Shown in pieces: positions 34,601 through 47,900 of a stretch of 64,000 bases of DNA. Both the position numbers and the translations under genes were made by a program. The stretch covers positions 188,046,001 through 188,110,000 of the forward strand of contig OZ038378.1 of NCBI GenBank assembly GCA_964036045.1. Direction: 5' to 3'. This DNA is from Eutreptiella sp. 'Long Island Sound 2002'. Lineage: Eukaryota > Protista > Euglenida. Each line of letters opens with the position of its first letter. Positions within the stretch are counted from its first letter, which is position 1. Under the pieces are notes generated by a model. That model was not told where the DNA came from and ran no database searches. It was given only the letters and a program-made list of their open reading frames with translations.

Positions 34601-37600
34601 CGCATAATGCTCATGCCACCAAGTGAACGCTGTGTCAGCGATCCGCAGTACTCGGGGGCTGAGAACACCTACAGTCAGGTCTACTTATGAAGGAACTGCA
34701 GGACGTGTCAAAGGGTAGGGTCCAAAGTTGGTGAGCCACAAGAGCCATGAAGGGCAAGGGGTCCAATGTGCCCTCTCAGGCAGGAGCATCAACAGTGTTG
34801 AGTGTGGCAGGCAAAGAAAAGAATGCTTTGTGGACCTGACCGAACGTCACAGCGCAAGGATCTCGTGGTCTTTTCTGCGGTTGTAGTCCTACGTGGTTCG
34901 TTCCCCCCGTCCCTTGCAGCCCAATCACTTGTCTTTGAAGAATCTCTGCTGGTGTGCGTTGTGGGGGGTGGCACAGATGTCTGCCCTCTGCTCTTGGATG
35001 TCATGGACTCCATGTGTATCCCACGCCTCAAGAGTGTGTATCACCTGCGCATACCCCCCACAAAAGTGCCGATCCTGTGCCAGCGGAGATACGCTCTAGG
35101 CGCAGTCGCATTGGGCCGCCCGGGCTCATAGGACCGCCCGCTTCACCAACCGATTCCGCATGCCCCCGGCGGCTCGCACCTTCTTTGCCAATGGTCCACG
35201 GATCCCCGAGAAAGTCCAGGTGATTCGCTTCTGTGTTGTCTGGGCGCTGGTGTCACGTCTGCCCCCATGCCACTCCGCCTGCGCACGCGACATTCTGTTT
35301 TCAAATTTGTGGTGTTGTTCGGTAGAGCACCCGAGCAGCCCCCGGGCACCAGCGAACCTTCATCGATCCCTTCCGGCTCGCCGGGCACCGAGGGTGGCCG
35401 GCGGCGGCACCTGGGTCCGGGACGTCCAGTCTGGCTCCCTGCCCCCCCGCCTCCCTCCCTCCTTTTTGGACTCTCAGGGTCCCAAAGGCGCCGAAAATCT
35501 TTCAATGACTAGTGCTTGAGACTCGGGGTGCCCCTACACTAACAAAATTCCGTTTTTCATTGACACTGTACATTCTATCATCTTAGCAACATGTGATGGA
35601 CATGGTGCTGTGTTGCATGCGTCACGTACACTTTTGTGGCAGCCTGCCAAATGTGGAATTTTGCTCCCGGTGCCTTTGGCACCAATGACCAACTCAGGCC
35701 CAAGCGACGTGACCTTTGGTATCTAAGTGTGGCCAGGGGGTCTGCATCCCCCGTCCGAAGAGTCAACCCCCCCCTTTGCCATGCCATGCCATGTTCACCC
35801 CTTTTCTGTACATTTTGGCCCCATGCATTTCTGCGCTTCCCGTTGCCATGGGTGCTACTTGGGCTGTTGCAAAAAGGTCCCACCCCCTGCTGCGCGTCAC
35901 ACGTGCGACTCCCTCTTGCTGAGAGGAGTTACTGGGTGATTTTCATATTCGAGTGAACTGAGGGCTTCGGTGGATTCCAGTTCGTTTGATGCTTGTGCTG
36001 CCTTGGGTGGGCCATTGCATGAATGCTGAGTGACTTTTCAAGACTCTGTTCGCTGGGCAGTGTGGAGTACGCAGTCAAAGTGGTCGTAAAAAAAAAACGA
36101 CCCTCCCCACACTGTGAGGGGGGAGTGGCAATGCAGACGTCAGGCTGCATCTGGGCTGCATACCCAACAGCTCGAGGTGCCTGACACCCCCTTCCCCCCC
36201 CCTCCCTGTCACCTGATCAACATGGGCAGCGCCCTAAGCCAAAGAGACCGGGCCCTGGACCACGTGGGCAGTGCTATGGGCAGTGCAGACCCTCCACACC
36301 AGCCGCGCCTACCCCCGCACCCAAGCACAAGCACGGCCCACTCGCATCCCCAAGCAGCAGCCCCAGTCAACTAAATCAGAACGGGCAGTCAGGGATGTGG
36401 CGGGAAAGGACAGAGGGAGCAAAGTAGGGGGGGGGGGGGGTGCAATGGGGACGCCGCAAATCCACCCCTCACGGCCCCCGAGACCGGGCACTTGAGGGCA
36501 TGACCCCGGCCCGAGCCACGGGAAGCGTGAGAAGGCCGGCCTTTGGGCAATACCATGGAGCATACACCGTGCCATACCCTCCACTCCCCTGCCGCCCCCT
36601 CCCTCCCCCTCTCGGGCCCATGGGCACTACCACGAGGGCCTGAGGGGTGCTTCCTGGCTCACGATGATTCACATGCACCCCCAATGTCACCAACATCTGA
36701 CCCAAGCCTGGCCTTAGGCCACCCAGGGGTCACCGGACGTCGCCCCAAGACACAACCCTTCGGCCAACTCGTGCGGGCCCTTGGCGGACAGCCCCTGGCC
36801 CCGGTAGCCCCGGCCCCCACCGCAAAAACAAATGAGCTTCGTTCCTCATCGTACAAAAACAACGCTGACTTGGTATGGAGGCTTTGTAGAAGTAGGGCGT
36901 TGGCAGGATGGACCTTCAGGCGGAGTCATGGGTCCAACTATTGGAAAACGCGAGGTGCACGCAGGTGGAGCCTTTGGAAAAACTGTCCAAGCAAAGAGCC
37001 ATGAGGCAAGGATTGCAGCTACTCAAACACAGCAACTTCTTAAAAGGCTGCGAAGAAGGGACGGTGCAATCGGGGTCATGAGGGAAACACGCCTGCGCTT
37101 GAAGGGGGGGGGGGGGCACCACCCAACAGTAACTGTCAGTTACGCTCCAACCGCATCCTTCCAAGTTCAAGTGCCGCTGCAACGGTTTTGTAACCGCCGC
37201 CTCCTGCTCCCCAACCGCTTTCCCAACCGTGGCCGACCGGTTTGCAAGTGTTTGCTGCTCTACCCTGTGGCCTCTGTCTCCTTCAAGCGCAGCCCCCCCC
37301 TCCCCCTTCCTGTGGGACCAGGGCTGCACACCATCAAAGAGTGTCTGGAGGGTCACAAGCCCCGGCATCAGCCGTTGCCGAAGGGTCTCACGCGACGGCA
37401 GTGGCCTGGGTCCCTCCGGCTCCTGCACCGCTAGCGCCCGGCCCACGGCCCACCACAAGACCAGCGGGTGCAGAACAGGGGCCCCCAAGGTCTCGCGGTC
37501 GCAGTAGAACGGGGGGCAAGGCTGGTGTGTCTGGCGGTACGCGGCAAGAGGGCCCTGTTCGGCGTGACATGGCGCGGCCCCTGCAGACGTGAGGCATCAG

Positions 37601-39236
37601 TGCGTGAAGCGCTGCCTTGGGGGCTGGCAGTGACTGACCATAGACTGAGTCATATCCGGGCGGTCACTGACGGCGGTTGGACGGGTACCGACGGCCGTCA
37701 GACGGTAACCGACAGCCGTTGGAGGGCAACCGACGGCGGTGGGTTGGATGGTGGTCTTCAGTGCAGAAAAAAAAAAGGAAAGAATAACAGGGTCCTAAAG
37801 GAGATACAGGACCAGGATTCAGGTACAGGACCACTATGGTCTTAAATGTAGGGGCCAAACAGGTAAAACACTGAGCGAATGACAGCATCACAATGGCTAA
37901 ATAAGCCCTACCTTCTGTGGGTTCTGCCCTCCCATTGTAGGGCAGAATCACAATTGCTACACATACATAACACCTATCGTATCGGGTCTGCTATCGGGGG
38001 AAGTGTTGGATAGGGCACACTATCGGTCCTTAACGCATGTTGCCCCCCCCCCCCCCCTCCAGACCCCCAACATACACCAACGGGAAACACAGGGGTCAAT
38101 AGTTTCCAAACCCTTGGAAACCTCAGGCAAGGGAAAAGTTTTTGGCATTGGCATGGAAAAACGGGGGAAAACGGGAAAAGGCCAGTAATTGGCGTGGAAA
38201 CTGGGGAAACTGGGGAGACACGGGGGGAAATAGGGGAAGACAGGGGAAACGGGTAACTTCAATGCTTATTTCCTTGCTTGCTTGTTGTGCCTGCTACTTA
38301 ATCCTTTGTCACCTTGTGCAGGCAAAGGCTTCTTGCAGCATCAAAATGTTTGTTATGTTTGTTTTGTCAAAATCTCAGATGTCACTACCAACCAACCTCA
38401 TTCCAAGCGTTGAATCACATGTCAGGCACTTGCCCAACACATGGTGACCGAGGGTGCCTCCAAGAATGGTGGGGATATTGGTGTTGATGTGGGCAAGATT
38501 GGTGGGAGACCCCCCCCTTTTCCCCGTTTTCCCCGTTTTTCCCCTTCCCCCCCCCTTTCTCCTGCAATTTGGCAAGTCAGATTTTCTTGGCATGGAAACT
38601 ATCGACCCCTGCATACCTGTTGTCCCATTGGCAAAATTGTTGTTCCCTGGTGTTCCGAACACCGGGGAACGACAATTTCGCCAATGGAAATATCCCTCGT
38701 GCCTGAATGTCAGCTATGTGCAGTCCATATCTTGGCTTCACTTTCCTTCCAGTGTAAGCATCAAGATGTGCGAGTGATGTGTGAGTGGGTGCAGGGCAAT
38801 GGCAGAAAACCCGAAACGCAAAATCGATAAGTACACCCCAGGCGGTGCAAAGCAAATGCTTGTACTCACAGAAAGCACACACAACTAATATATATTTGGT
38901 GAGTGTGGACAGAGCCTCCGCTGATCCTGTTTACCAAAGCCGGAACCAGGTCACTCAGAGGCACATGCTTTCCGTTTTTGTTTCCTTTTCTTGTGGTGCT
39001 GCTGCTGCTGCTGCTGCTGCTACTGCTGCCGCAGCTGTTGTTGTTGCTGTTGTGGTGGTGGTGGTGGTGGTGGTGGTTTTGTTGTTGTTGTCATTGTTGT
39101 TGTTGTCGTTGTCGTTGTCATTGTCGTTGCTGTTGTCGTCGTCGTCGCTGTTGTTGTTGTTGTTGTCGTCGTCGTTGGCGGCGGCGGCGGCGGCGGCGCG
39201 TCGTCGTTGTTGTTCTTGTTGTTGTTTGCGGATGTG

Positions 39237-39270
<34 letters not shown>

Positions 39271-42200
39271 TTGTCATTGACACCAGAGAAGGTGAAGAGC
39301 AGGTTGGAGAATTGTTGGGAGTGCCCTCAATCAAGAGAGGCTGTGCAATCAAGAGAGACAGAGGGGGGGGGGGGTGTGCGCTCGTGTGTCATACATGCAG
39401 TAGGAGGGCATAGGCACCTGCACCCCTACACTCGGCTCGCACTGCCTTCCAGGGCCCAAATGTTCCGATAATTCTGCAGACACAGCCGCATCCAACAAGT
39501 CTAAATGGCTGCCCCATCCAGGTCGCTTGGTCCACTGCGGTCTCCTCTCGGGTATATCAAGCCCCCCCCCATCAGGCAGCCATGCTCGGTTGGTGATTAA
39601 ACTCTCTAGTAACAGGTGCCAGTACTCATTCTCTCCTCGTGTAAGGTGTCAAATGACCCAGCGACCTCCTTCAATCGCCACTCTAACTCACACTCTACCC
39701 AGTTCGCTGTATGGGGGATTAGCATGCCTGCCCTGGAAAGCAGGCCAATAAAAAAACGCAATGCTGTGCACAGAAAGGGAATGCACCAATAAAGCGCAGT
39801 GTGTCAGTCCCACCAACACAAAAAAAAAAAAGAAGCATCAGTGTTCAAGGAGCCGCCTGCTGCATGGCCTGTTCCTGGGACCCACTCAAGAAAACTAAGC
39901 CACCGAGAGGGGGCGGGGGGACAGAAATGGTCCACAAACCCACCCGGCTAGCCCCTCGTACACCTTTGCAACCATCAGCACTATGCACTTCACTTCTCTG
40001 CGGATCTATTGCCAAATCAGGAATCAAAACGGGTTCTGGTGGTACGCGCTTACATAGTGCCCTGATGATGATGCCAGACGTACCACGTGCCACACGAATT
40101 GCGACTGCGAAAACGACGACATACCTGGCGAAGGATCAGGCGGAGACAGTCGCAGCACGTCTACCTGGGCCAGCCACTTGCGCGCATGGTGCTGCGCACA
40201 ACTGGCGGCCAGTTGCCACCGTGGAGCTGCGTCTGCGTCGGGCGGAGCGTGTTGCGCATGCATCAAGGCGAGGGCCGTGGCCCCCTGCAAGGCCGGCATC
40301 GTCTCCTGCCTGACGAGGGTGCTGATGGCGGTCTGCACGTCGCCTGGGACCGATGGAGCGTGCATGTGCACTGAGGCCTGTATGTCTGCGCAGTGCCTCA
40401 TTGGTGGTGTGCAGGAGGGCAGTGCTGTTGTAATATGTGATGGCGCCCCCTCCTGCACACGGGGCTGGCTACAAAAGTCTTTGACTAGGCCACTCGGCCT
40501 TTGCAGTGTGCTCTTGTGTAGACAAAATTCACGTCAGATTGTGCCGCCAGCGTGCCACATTCTACTTCAGCGTACGCACAAACATGGGGTTGTCTCAGCG
40601 CAATGACCCCGTGGTACCGTCGGTTTTGTAATACAGCACAAAGCACAACTGTGTGTGTGGGGGGGGGGGGGGCGTCATCAGCGGCTCTGGCCAACCCCAG
40701 CACCCACCTGCCCACTCGCATCAAAAAAGTTATCCTCGGGGGAAAACTATCATCCATTGAAGGGGCGCGAAATTGGAGGCCAATCTTAGTAACACAAACT
40801 TTTGTTCGGCCCCCCACACACCCACATCAGGCACACACCCACATCAGGCACACACCCACATCAGGCACACACCCACATCAGGCACACACCCACATCAGGG
40901 AAAACATGTATTGCCCAAGATCGGAGGCCCAGTTGAGCAAGATAAACTTGTTTTGGCCTGGCCCCCATCTCCTCCGCCGCAGACCCAACGCGGGGGGGGG
41001 GGGGGTGCCACTGAGCAATGTGTTTGACGCCCCCGTTGTTGGGAGTGCCGGACACTGCGGCGTACTGCCCACGACACGAGGAGGAGGGGTCCCTGGCAGC
41101 CGAGTGCGGGGCCCACATGAAGTGGCAAACACACGGGGGCCACGGCGCGGCTGGCCCCCATATTCCTGCGGCACGGCGCCCTGCGGAGGGCAGACCTCAA
41201 CAGGTCCCGCCTGCCATCCACGGCCTTTTCCACAGCCGCACCCTGGCCCCAGCCCTCAAGCCCCCGGTGCGCCGCGTATCGCGTATCCTGCCAGCCTGAA
41301 GCCATTTGGGGCCCCATGGGCCATGGAGTCGGTGGAAATTTGCCCCAGTGTCCCATGGGGTCACCTTTGTCACGGGGGTTGACCCCAATGAAGAAAAAAA
41401 AACTGAAACTGCCGGCCTCCGGTGCACACGGACCAGCTGACGAGTAACCGCAATCGGTGCGGTCAGTTCGTGTTGAAGGAGTGCAAACTTGTCAAAAGAG
41501 GTTCTGCGGAGCAGTGAGGAAGATTGTCGGTGACCGTTGGTGAAGGTTGGTGGGAGAGGGGGGGGAGGGAAGCGGATTTCGAGGGGCAGCACGTGTCTTT
41601 TCTGTGGGGCTGTGGTGGCGGGCAGCAAATTACAGCACCCTGCAACAGCCTGCAACACCCCCATCAACCCTCCACGACTGATGGCGAAATGCCAACCCCT
41701 GAATTGGATGGCATTGGGTCGCAGATCCGCTGGACACTTCAGATGTCAAGCGAATCGTCACACAACGCTTTGCTTTCCTGAAAGGCAAAAAGACAAAGCG
41801 GACCGGCATCGCTTTTGTGCACGAGCTCAGCACACTCCTGTGCCCTGCAGACTCTACGCGGGGTCATGAGGGCATCCCACGCCTCCGGTTCCGATATTAC
41901 CCCTGTCACCCATGCCCTCGTCCAGCGCCGCACACAACGGCTCCCGTCCGTACATGCCTCGTCTTAGCCCCGGCGGCAGACCTGCAGTCAGCAGACACGG
42001 GATGGCCGTCTGCACGTCCCCACGATCGATCGCGTACTGGGCCCATTGCGCATACAGCTCCTGCAATGTGAAAGCAGAACTACTGACCTAACCCTCCCCT
42101 GACCCTTGGCAAGAAACACCGATGCCCCCTGTGCAGGCTGTAGTCTGTAATGACCCCCGAGCTGTGGGGCACATCGCCTGTTGCAACTCTGTGGGAGCAG

Positions 42201-44935
42201 GGGGGGGGGAGGGGGGGATTGTTCCTCCAGGGGAAAGGGCTCCCCCAATGGCTTTTCCGAAAACTTCCTCAGAAAAAGGAAAAGTTTACCACATTATTTT
42301 AGCACAAAGATTTTTCCTAGCCATTTTAGAAACACAAACCATGGGCTCTCAGAACCCACCCCGACCCCTCCTTAAAAGCATTTCGGCAAAGCCAATGGGC
42401 ACGCAATCGGTGCAAAGCAAATTGTTGTATTTACAGCAGGCGGTGCAAAAAGGTGGGACAAGGCAGGCAGGCACCACTCATCAAATCAGAGCCTCCAGCA
42501 GTATTCCCCCCCTGATGAGTAGAGCTGTCCACCCCTACACACACAGTACAACACAAGCAAACCGTCAGCACAGATTGAGAACAGTTGCTCTTTCTCCAGA
42601 CTAGAAATCCAAAACTGCAGGGGCATTTGCAGCCAGTACGACACACACATGATTGCAAGACAAATGGGCACAACGCGGTTTCCTAGTGTCAGAATCCTCG
42701 TCAGTTGGAACGTCAAACAAGACAGAGCATGTTCGCCGCCAATAGGCGCCTTTCTGCAGTACGGGACAGGCAGGGAGGGGCTCGTATCGTGGGGGATGCA
42801 TCGTGCTCAAGACGAATTTCTGGGCGGCCTCTGGCAGCTGCGCTGTACGACACACACACACACACACACACACAAGGTGACAAACACACAATGGTCAGAG
42901 ATGATCACCCTGAGTGCCAAAATGATCAGGGGACACGCCAAACAAAGAACATGTTCTGCCGCCACTAGGCAGGAGCTGAGTGTCGCCAGCATGCAGCTCC
43001 TTGAGGCTAGGCACCCAGCCCTGTACACTCACACATGTTTATGCATAAACAGTAGGCATAAGTGTTGACATGTAAATTTACATGTTTACACATGAAAATT
43101 TCTGTGTTGAGGCACAAATGTTTACACCTGGTTTACGCTCATTTCCGCATAAACAGGCATAAACCTTTATGTGCAACCAAGTGCAAACATTTCCGCACAA
43201 ACAGGTGAAATGTTCACGTACAATCAAATGTAAACAGTTTACGCGGAAAGGTTAGCCAGTACTACGTAGGATGCCCAAGACCAAAAATGACCATCCCATC
43301 CCATCTCTGACCTGTCCCGCCCATTCCAGCCCATCCCATCCATTCCAAGCGTTGGCAGGCATGGGCAGCTAGCTATATGGTCCGTTCATCTCCATCTAGG
43401 TGCCTCCAAGAATTGCCAAAAATTATCCAAAAAAAAATCCACTAATCAACAACATTGCACCACGGACATACAAGAAAAATCAACACACATCTAGAGGCAT
43501 CCAAGAGTTAACAGCATCCATCCAACTTCCTCAAAGAACCACCAACAATTGTCCCATTGCTATCAGCACCCAATGAATGTGTTGGGTATTCCAGCACATG
43601 CGGGTTCCATCATGGGAATTTGGCGGAATGAAGGACATGAGTGCCGATTCCTGTCCCACAAGCTTTCCATCAGACCCAACTAGTCCAACACCAGCCCCCA
43701 CTGCACAGCACATTCATCCTACTACACATTCCCCACCTTCACCCCCAACACAGACAGGAACACGGTTTTGATCTCAGGCTGCCTACATAGTACGACGTGG
43801 CGTTTACACGTAAATGTTTACACTTGGTTGCACACCAACATTTGTACCTGATTACATGCAAACATTCACATGATTCACGCCTACACCTGGTGACATAGGT
43901 CAGAGGGGACATGGCCTATAGATTGTTTGTTTGCGTTGTTTGTTTCCATCGTTTCCGTCTCGGTTGGAGAGTTCTAAAGCAAAAAAATGGCACTACAAGC
44001 AAATCCAAACTCCTGATCAAACAAAGCACTAATTCCAATGGACATCAACACACACAACTACAGCCTATGAAACGGCGGTGGTTGCTCCAAGCCTGGCGTT
44101 TCTGAAAATAAACATATAAGCGTCGTTTGCTTTCATATGGCTTGCTGCTAGGCCAACAAATATTGCTTGCGTCATAAGCTTGTGACCAGGTTACAACTAG
44201 CCGGCCAGCCCAATTAGACACCGAGCTCAGAGGTAAGCAATCACCTCCTCCTGCTAAATCAGCCAACCCAAGAGGCTTCTCCAGCATGATGGGTCACACA
44301 CACGAACACACATGCACACACATAGACACACACACACACACACACACACAAACATACACTCAGCAACCGCAAGAACCATAAACAAACGGAGCGGTGACCA
44401 GAAAAAAACTCTCATGAGCTGTAGAGCAGCCCTAGACGTCTGTTCTGTGGTAGAGTAGAAATCGTGGGGAAGCGGCCACAGTCGAAGGCAGTCGATTTGT
44501 GGTCAGGTGGCTGTGGCCAACCTTGCAAAGCAGAGGTTCGGGCCTGTAAAATGCTGCACTCTTCCACCCGCCCTGCCGTGTGCAGCCACCCTGCCTCACA
44601 CACTGACACTGGCATGAGACAAAAGGAAAGGAGCAGTGCTGTAGTTCCAACGGCCACCGTATGCAGCACACACACTGCTACAGGCAGTGGCGCATAAGGC
44701 GAAGTACATTGTACACAGTCATACCAACGGGAACACAGTCACAGTGGCGCAAAGGGGCGCACCCCCACCAAGGCTGACTTTAAAATTTCGATCACAGCAC
44801 CAGGACGGGCGGTAAGCCTTGGGCCGTCGGAAGGGAGGGGTGACAACGTCCGGAAACAAGTTCGTCGGACAACACTGCTTGCTTCCGACGCCGATGGATT
44901 AGACTCTTTGCTGCAGAGGCACATTGCAACCGATG

Positions 44936-44982
<47 letters not shown>

Positions 44983-47900
44983 ATCTGAACCGCAAAACCT
45001 CCCCCAGGAAGCCATTGAATACAGAACACCCGTCCTGGATAGCGCGAATTACGCCGTTTTACTCAACAAAATGACAATTTGTTGTTGTTTGTGTACACTG
45101 CCTGAGCCAACTTGCCTGGGTGGTGTGTTTGGAGGAAGCAGTGCAATATTTTCAGTTTCTTGAAAATTGCAGCGAATTTCAAAAATGGACAACCGCAGGG
45201 TGGGAAAAGCGTGCAGTGATTGTATTTCAATGGGATCAAAGTAGGTAGGTCCCTACCCCAGGTTAGTACAGGCACTCCCTGCCAGGCACCATGAAGATAG
45301 GACAAGGGCACCTCTATCTAGGATTTCGTGACCTTTTCTTGAGGAAACAAGCCTTTAAAGAGGGAGGTGATAGGAGGTGGGGACTGCGGAGTGTTACACT
45401 GCAGGAGTGCGACATGATGAGAAGAAGTGTGGAGCCCTCTGTCCTTGTTTATTGGGAATGCGCAGACCTGTACGTCCAGAGCCTCCGTTGGGCATTCGGC
45501 AGACAGCGACTTCGCGACTTGCACGGCGTCCGCGTAGCGCCCCGCGTCTCTGAAAGCACCCACGGCCTCGGGTGCCCGGTGCACAGCGAGGTACAGCACC
45601 GCAGCGGCATGTAGATCCCCAGCCTCACGGAACTTTTGGGCGTACGCATAACACATCTCCCGCCAGAACTGCGGCGACACTGCGGGGCTGATGGCCAGCC
45701 ACAATAGCGAGGGCACGGGCGTGACAGACCCTGTCAAAGTAAAACAAAAGAAGATGTCTGGAGAATAGAGAAGAAGGGCTCGCTTTTCCTCTGCCCAATG
45801 ATTTACGGGGCACTGAACAGTCACCGTGGGATCTGGCTCGAACCGATCCTGCACGTGTGTGTGTTGGGGGAGGGGTGGGGCTAATGAAGGGGAGCTCAGA
45901 GAAGGTGTTCGTGGACCCTTTGGTAGACTCACCCCCTTTAACACCGCCACCTCCCAAGAGCTACTGGATTGCACCCACTCAAAGGCACATAACTTCAAAG
46001 AGGAGTGGGAAGGAGGCACAATGCAAATGGTGTAAGGAACGAAACCCGCTGTCAGAGCGAGAACCGACTGCATTTATGCTTTTCGGAGCGTTGTCTGCAT
46101 ACAGCACGGCATCAGGAAAATGTTGTTTGTGGGGGGGGGGGGGCTGCCATTTTATCGAGGAAGGCCTGCATGAGTCTCCAGGCTGGCTGGCTGTGTGTGT
46201 TGGGGGGGGGGGGGGGTCACGAGTGAAAGTGACAATGGCGGCGAAGCTGCCATTGAAGATGTTCTCCAAACAACAGCAATTGTAGTAGACCTACAGACCT
46301 TCCACCAAAAGTATATTCGGCAATATTACACTCTCCGGCCCCCACCCCATCCCACTACCGGGTGCGGTGTGGGAGGGGATTGGGGATGGGGAGTATTTTG
46401 AGGGTGGGGAATCAAAGAAATAGTTTTGAAAGTACTTCGGAGGGTTGCAGGTGGGTATCAGGCCCCACCAAGGCCTCGGGTATGACACTTCTAGTACTCT
46501 GGTTAGGATCCTAACAACAATCCTAACCAGCGTACTAGAAATGGCCACTGTTGCCCCGAAGATAGAAAATAGTGCATACTACCCCTATATACCCCCATAA
46601 GTGAGATATGGGGAATATTTGCCTCACCCGTCATCTTTTCTATGGTGTATCAACCCATGTTAGGCATAGGGGACACTATTTTGGGGGGTCTTCACCCCTA
46701 TTTTTGGTGCTGGGGCCAGGATCCTGCCAGTGTCGATGTCATACCCTATTTTTAGCCCTTCCTGCCCCTTCATGGCCTTCAATACCCAGCCGCATGCACT
46801 CAAAATACCTTCCAAAACATGTTTTTTTGAGTTTCCCACCCTTAAAATAGGGGGGGGGGGTCGTCCCTACTTGCCCCCAAAAGCCCACCCAATCCCAGGG
46901 GGTGGGGGGCGGAGAGTGTGATATTGCCGTGGACTTAATCTTTTGACCTCCAGGTGCCCATCTGACACCCCTCATCTTCATGGAAATGATTGAACTCCAG
47001 ATCAGCGAAGATCGGGGAAATAGTGGACAGCAGGTGCGCAGGTGGCCTCTCCCCAAAGGTGCGTGGGAACACCCCTGCAATCCCACATTGGGCAGGGGAG
47101 GATTCATGCACTACAGGGAGAGGCCGAACTTCATTTTTCGGTTTTTTTTTCTTCACGGTGACAAATTTTGGCGCAAAACTTCTGAGGTGATTCTATTGCG
47201 CTTCGCACTGTGCAAGTCATCAGCTGCAGAAAGTGGTGTCATCCAAAATAATTGTGTGATCAAGATTGGGGCTTGGGCAAGATTGGGGAAGATTGAATGT
47301 CCTAACAAGGAGGAAAGACACAAAGAGGGACTACAACACACTGTAGACGGAATACTTGATCGTTGTAAGTGGACACAATACCAAAAAATCGGTCTTGGAA
47401 TCTCGATTTGTGAGGTGTTGAAGAGGGAAAAATAAGAAAAGACTGTCACGCACTTGGTGCACCAGTCCTTTGCGCTTGCTTGCCCCCTCCAGCCCCCCCA
47501 ACACCCAATGCTCATACAGGGTGAAAAACAGCGTAAAGAGGGCCAAAAAAAATGCAATACATGATGACCAGATTTGACCGTGGCAAGTGGTCACAACACA
47601 AGCAAACATCAGCAACAGAAACACGAAAGAAAGTATGTTCAACTAATGTCATCATCATGTGGCCATGCGCATTTTTTGAATGGCATGGCCACACAGTGGG
47701 GATGTGGTGCAAACCCTCCCTCAGCGCCGCCCTCTTTGTCCTCTCCCCCTGCATGCATGCAGGCAGGTCAGGGCAGGGCTCCATGCTGGTGCCGGCTAAT
47801 GCGGCGCAGGGGGCATCGCATGCTTCCGGTGGGGAGCACGGGCAGGCAGGTGCGGAGGAGGCGTGGTGTGCGCCAGATCTTCGTCGTACGTAATGGGTGG

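Noticed and set aside
38785-39471. Poly-Leu/Cys/Val/Thr ORFs
   Set aside because: Produced by the trinucleotide microsatellite.
40344-40484. Longer version of the 40165 exon, as in track ORF 40024-40458
   Set aside because: The tcccag|GC acceptor at 40344 fits phase 1 and restores Gemin5-like spacing (CLLTAG-DVQTAISTL); the extra sequence looks intronic.
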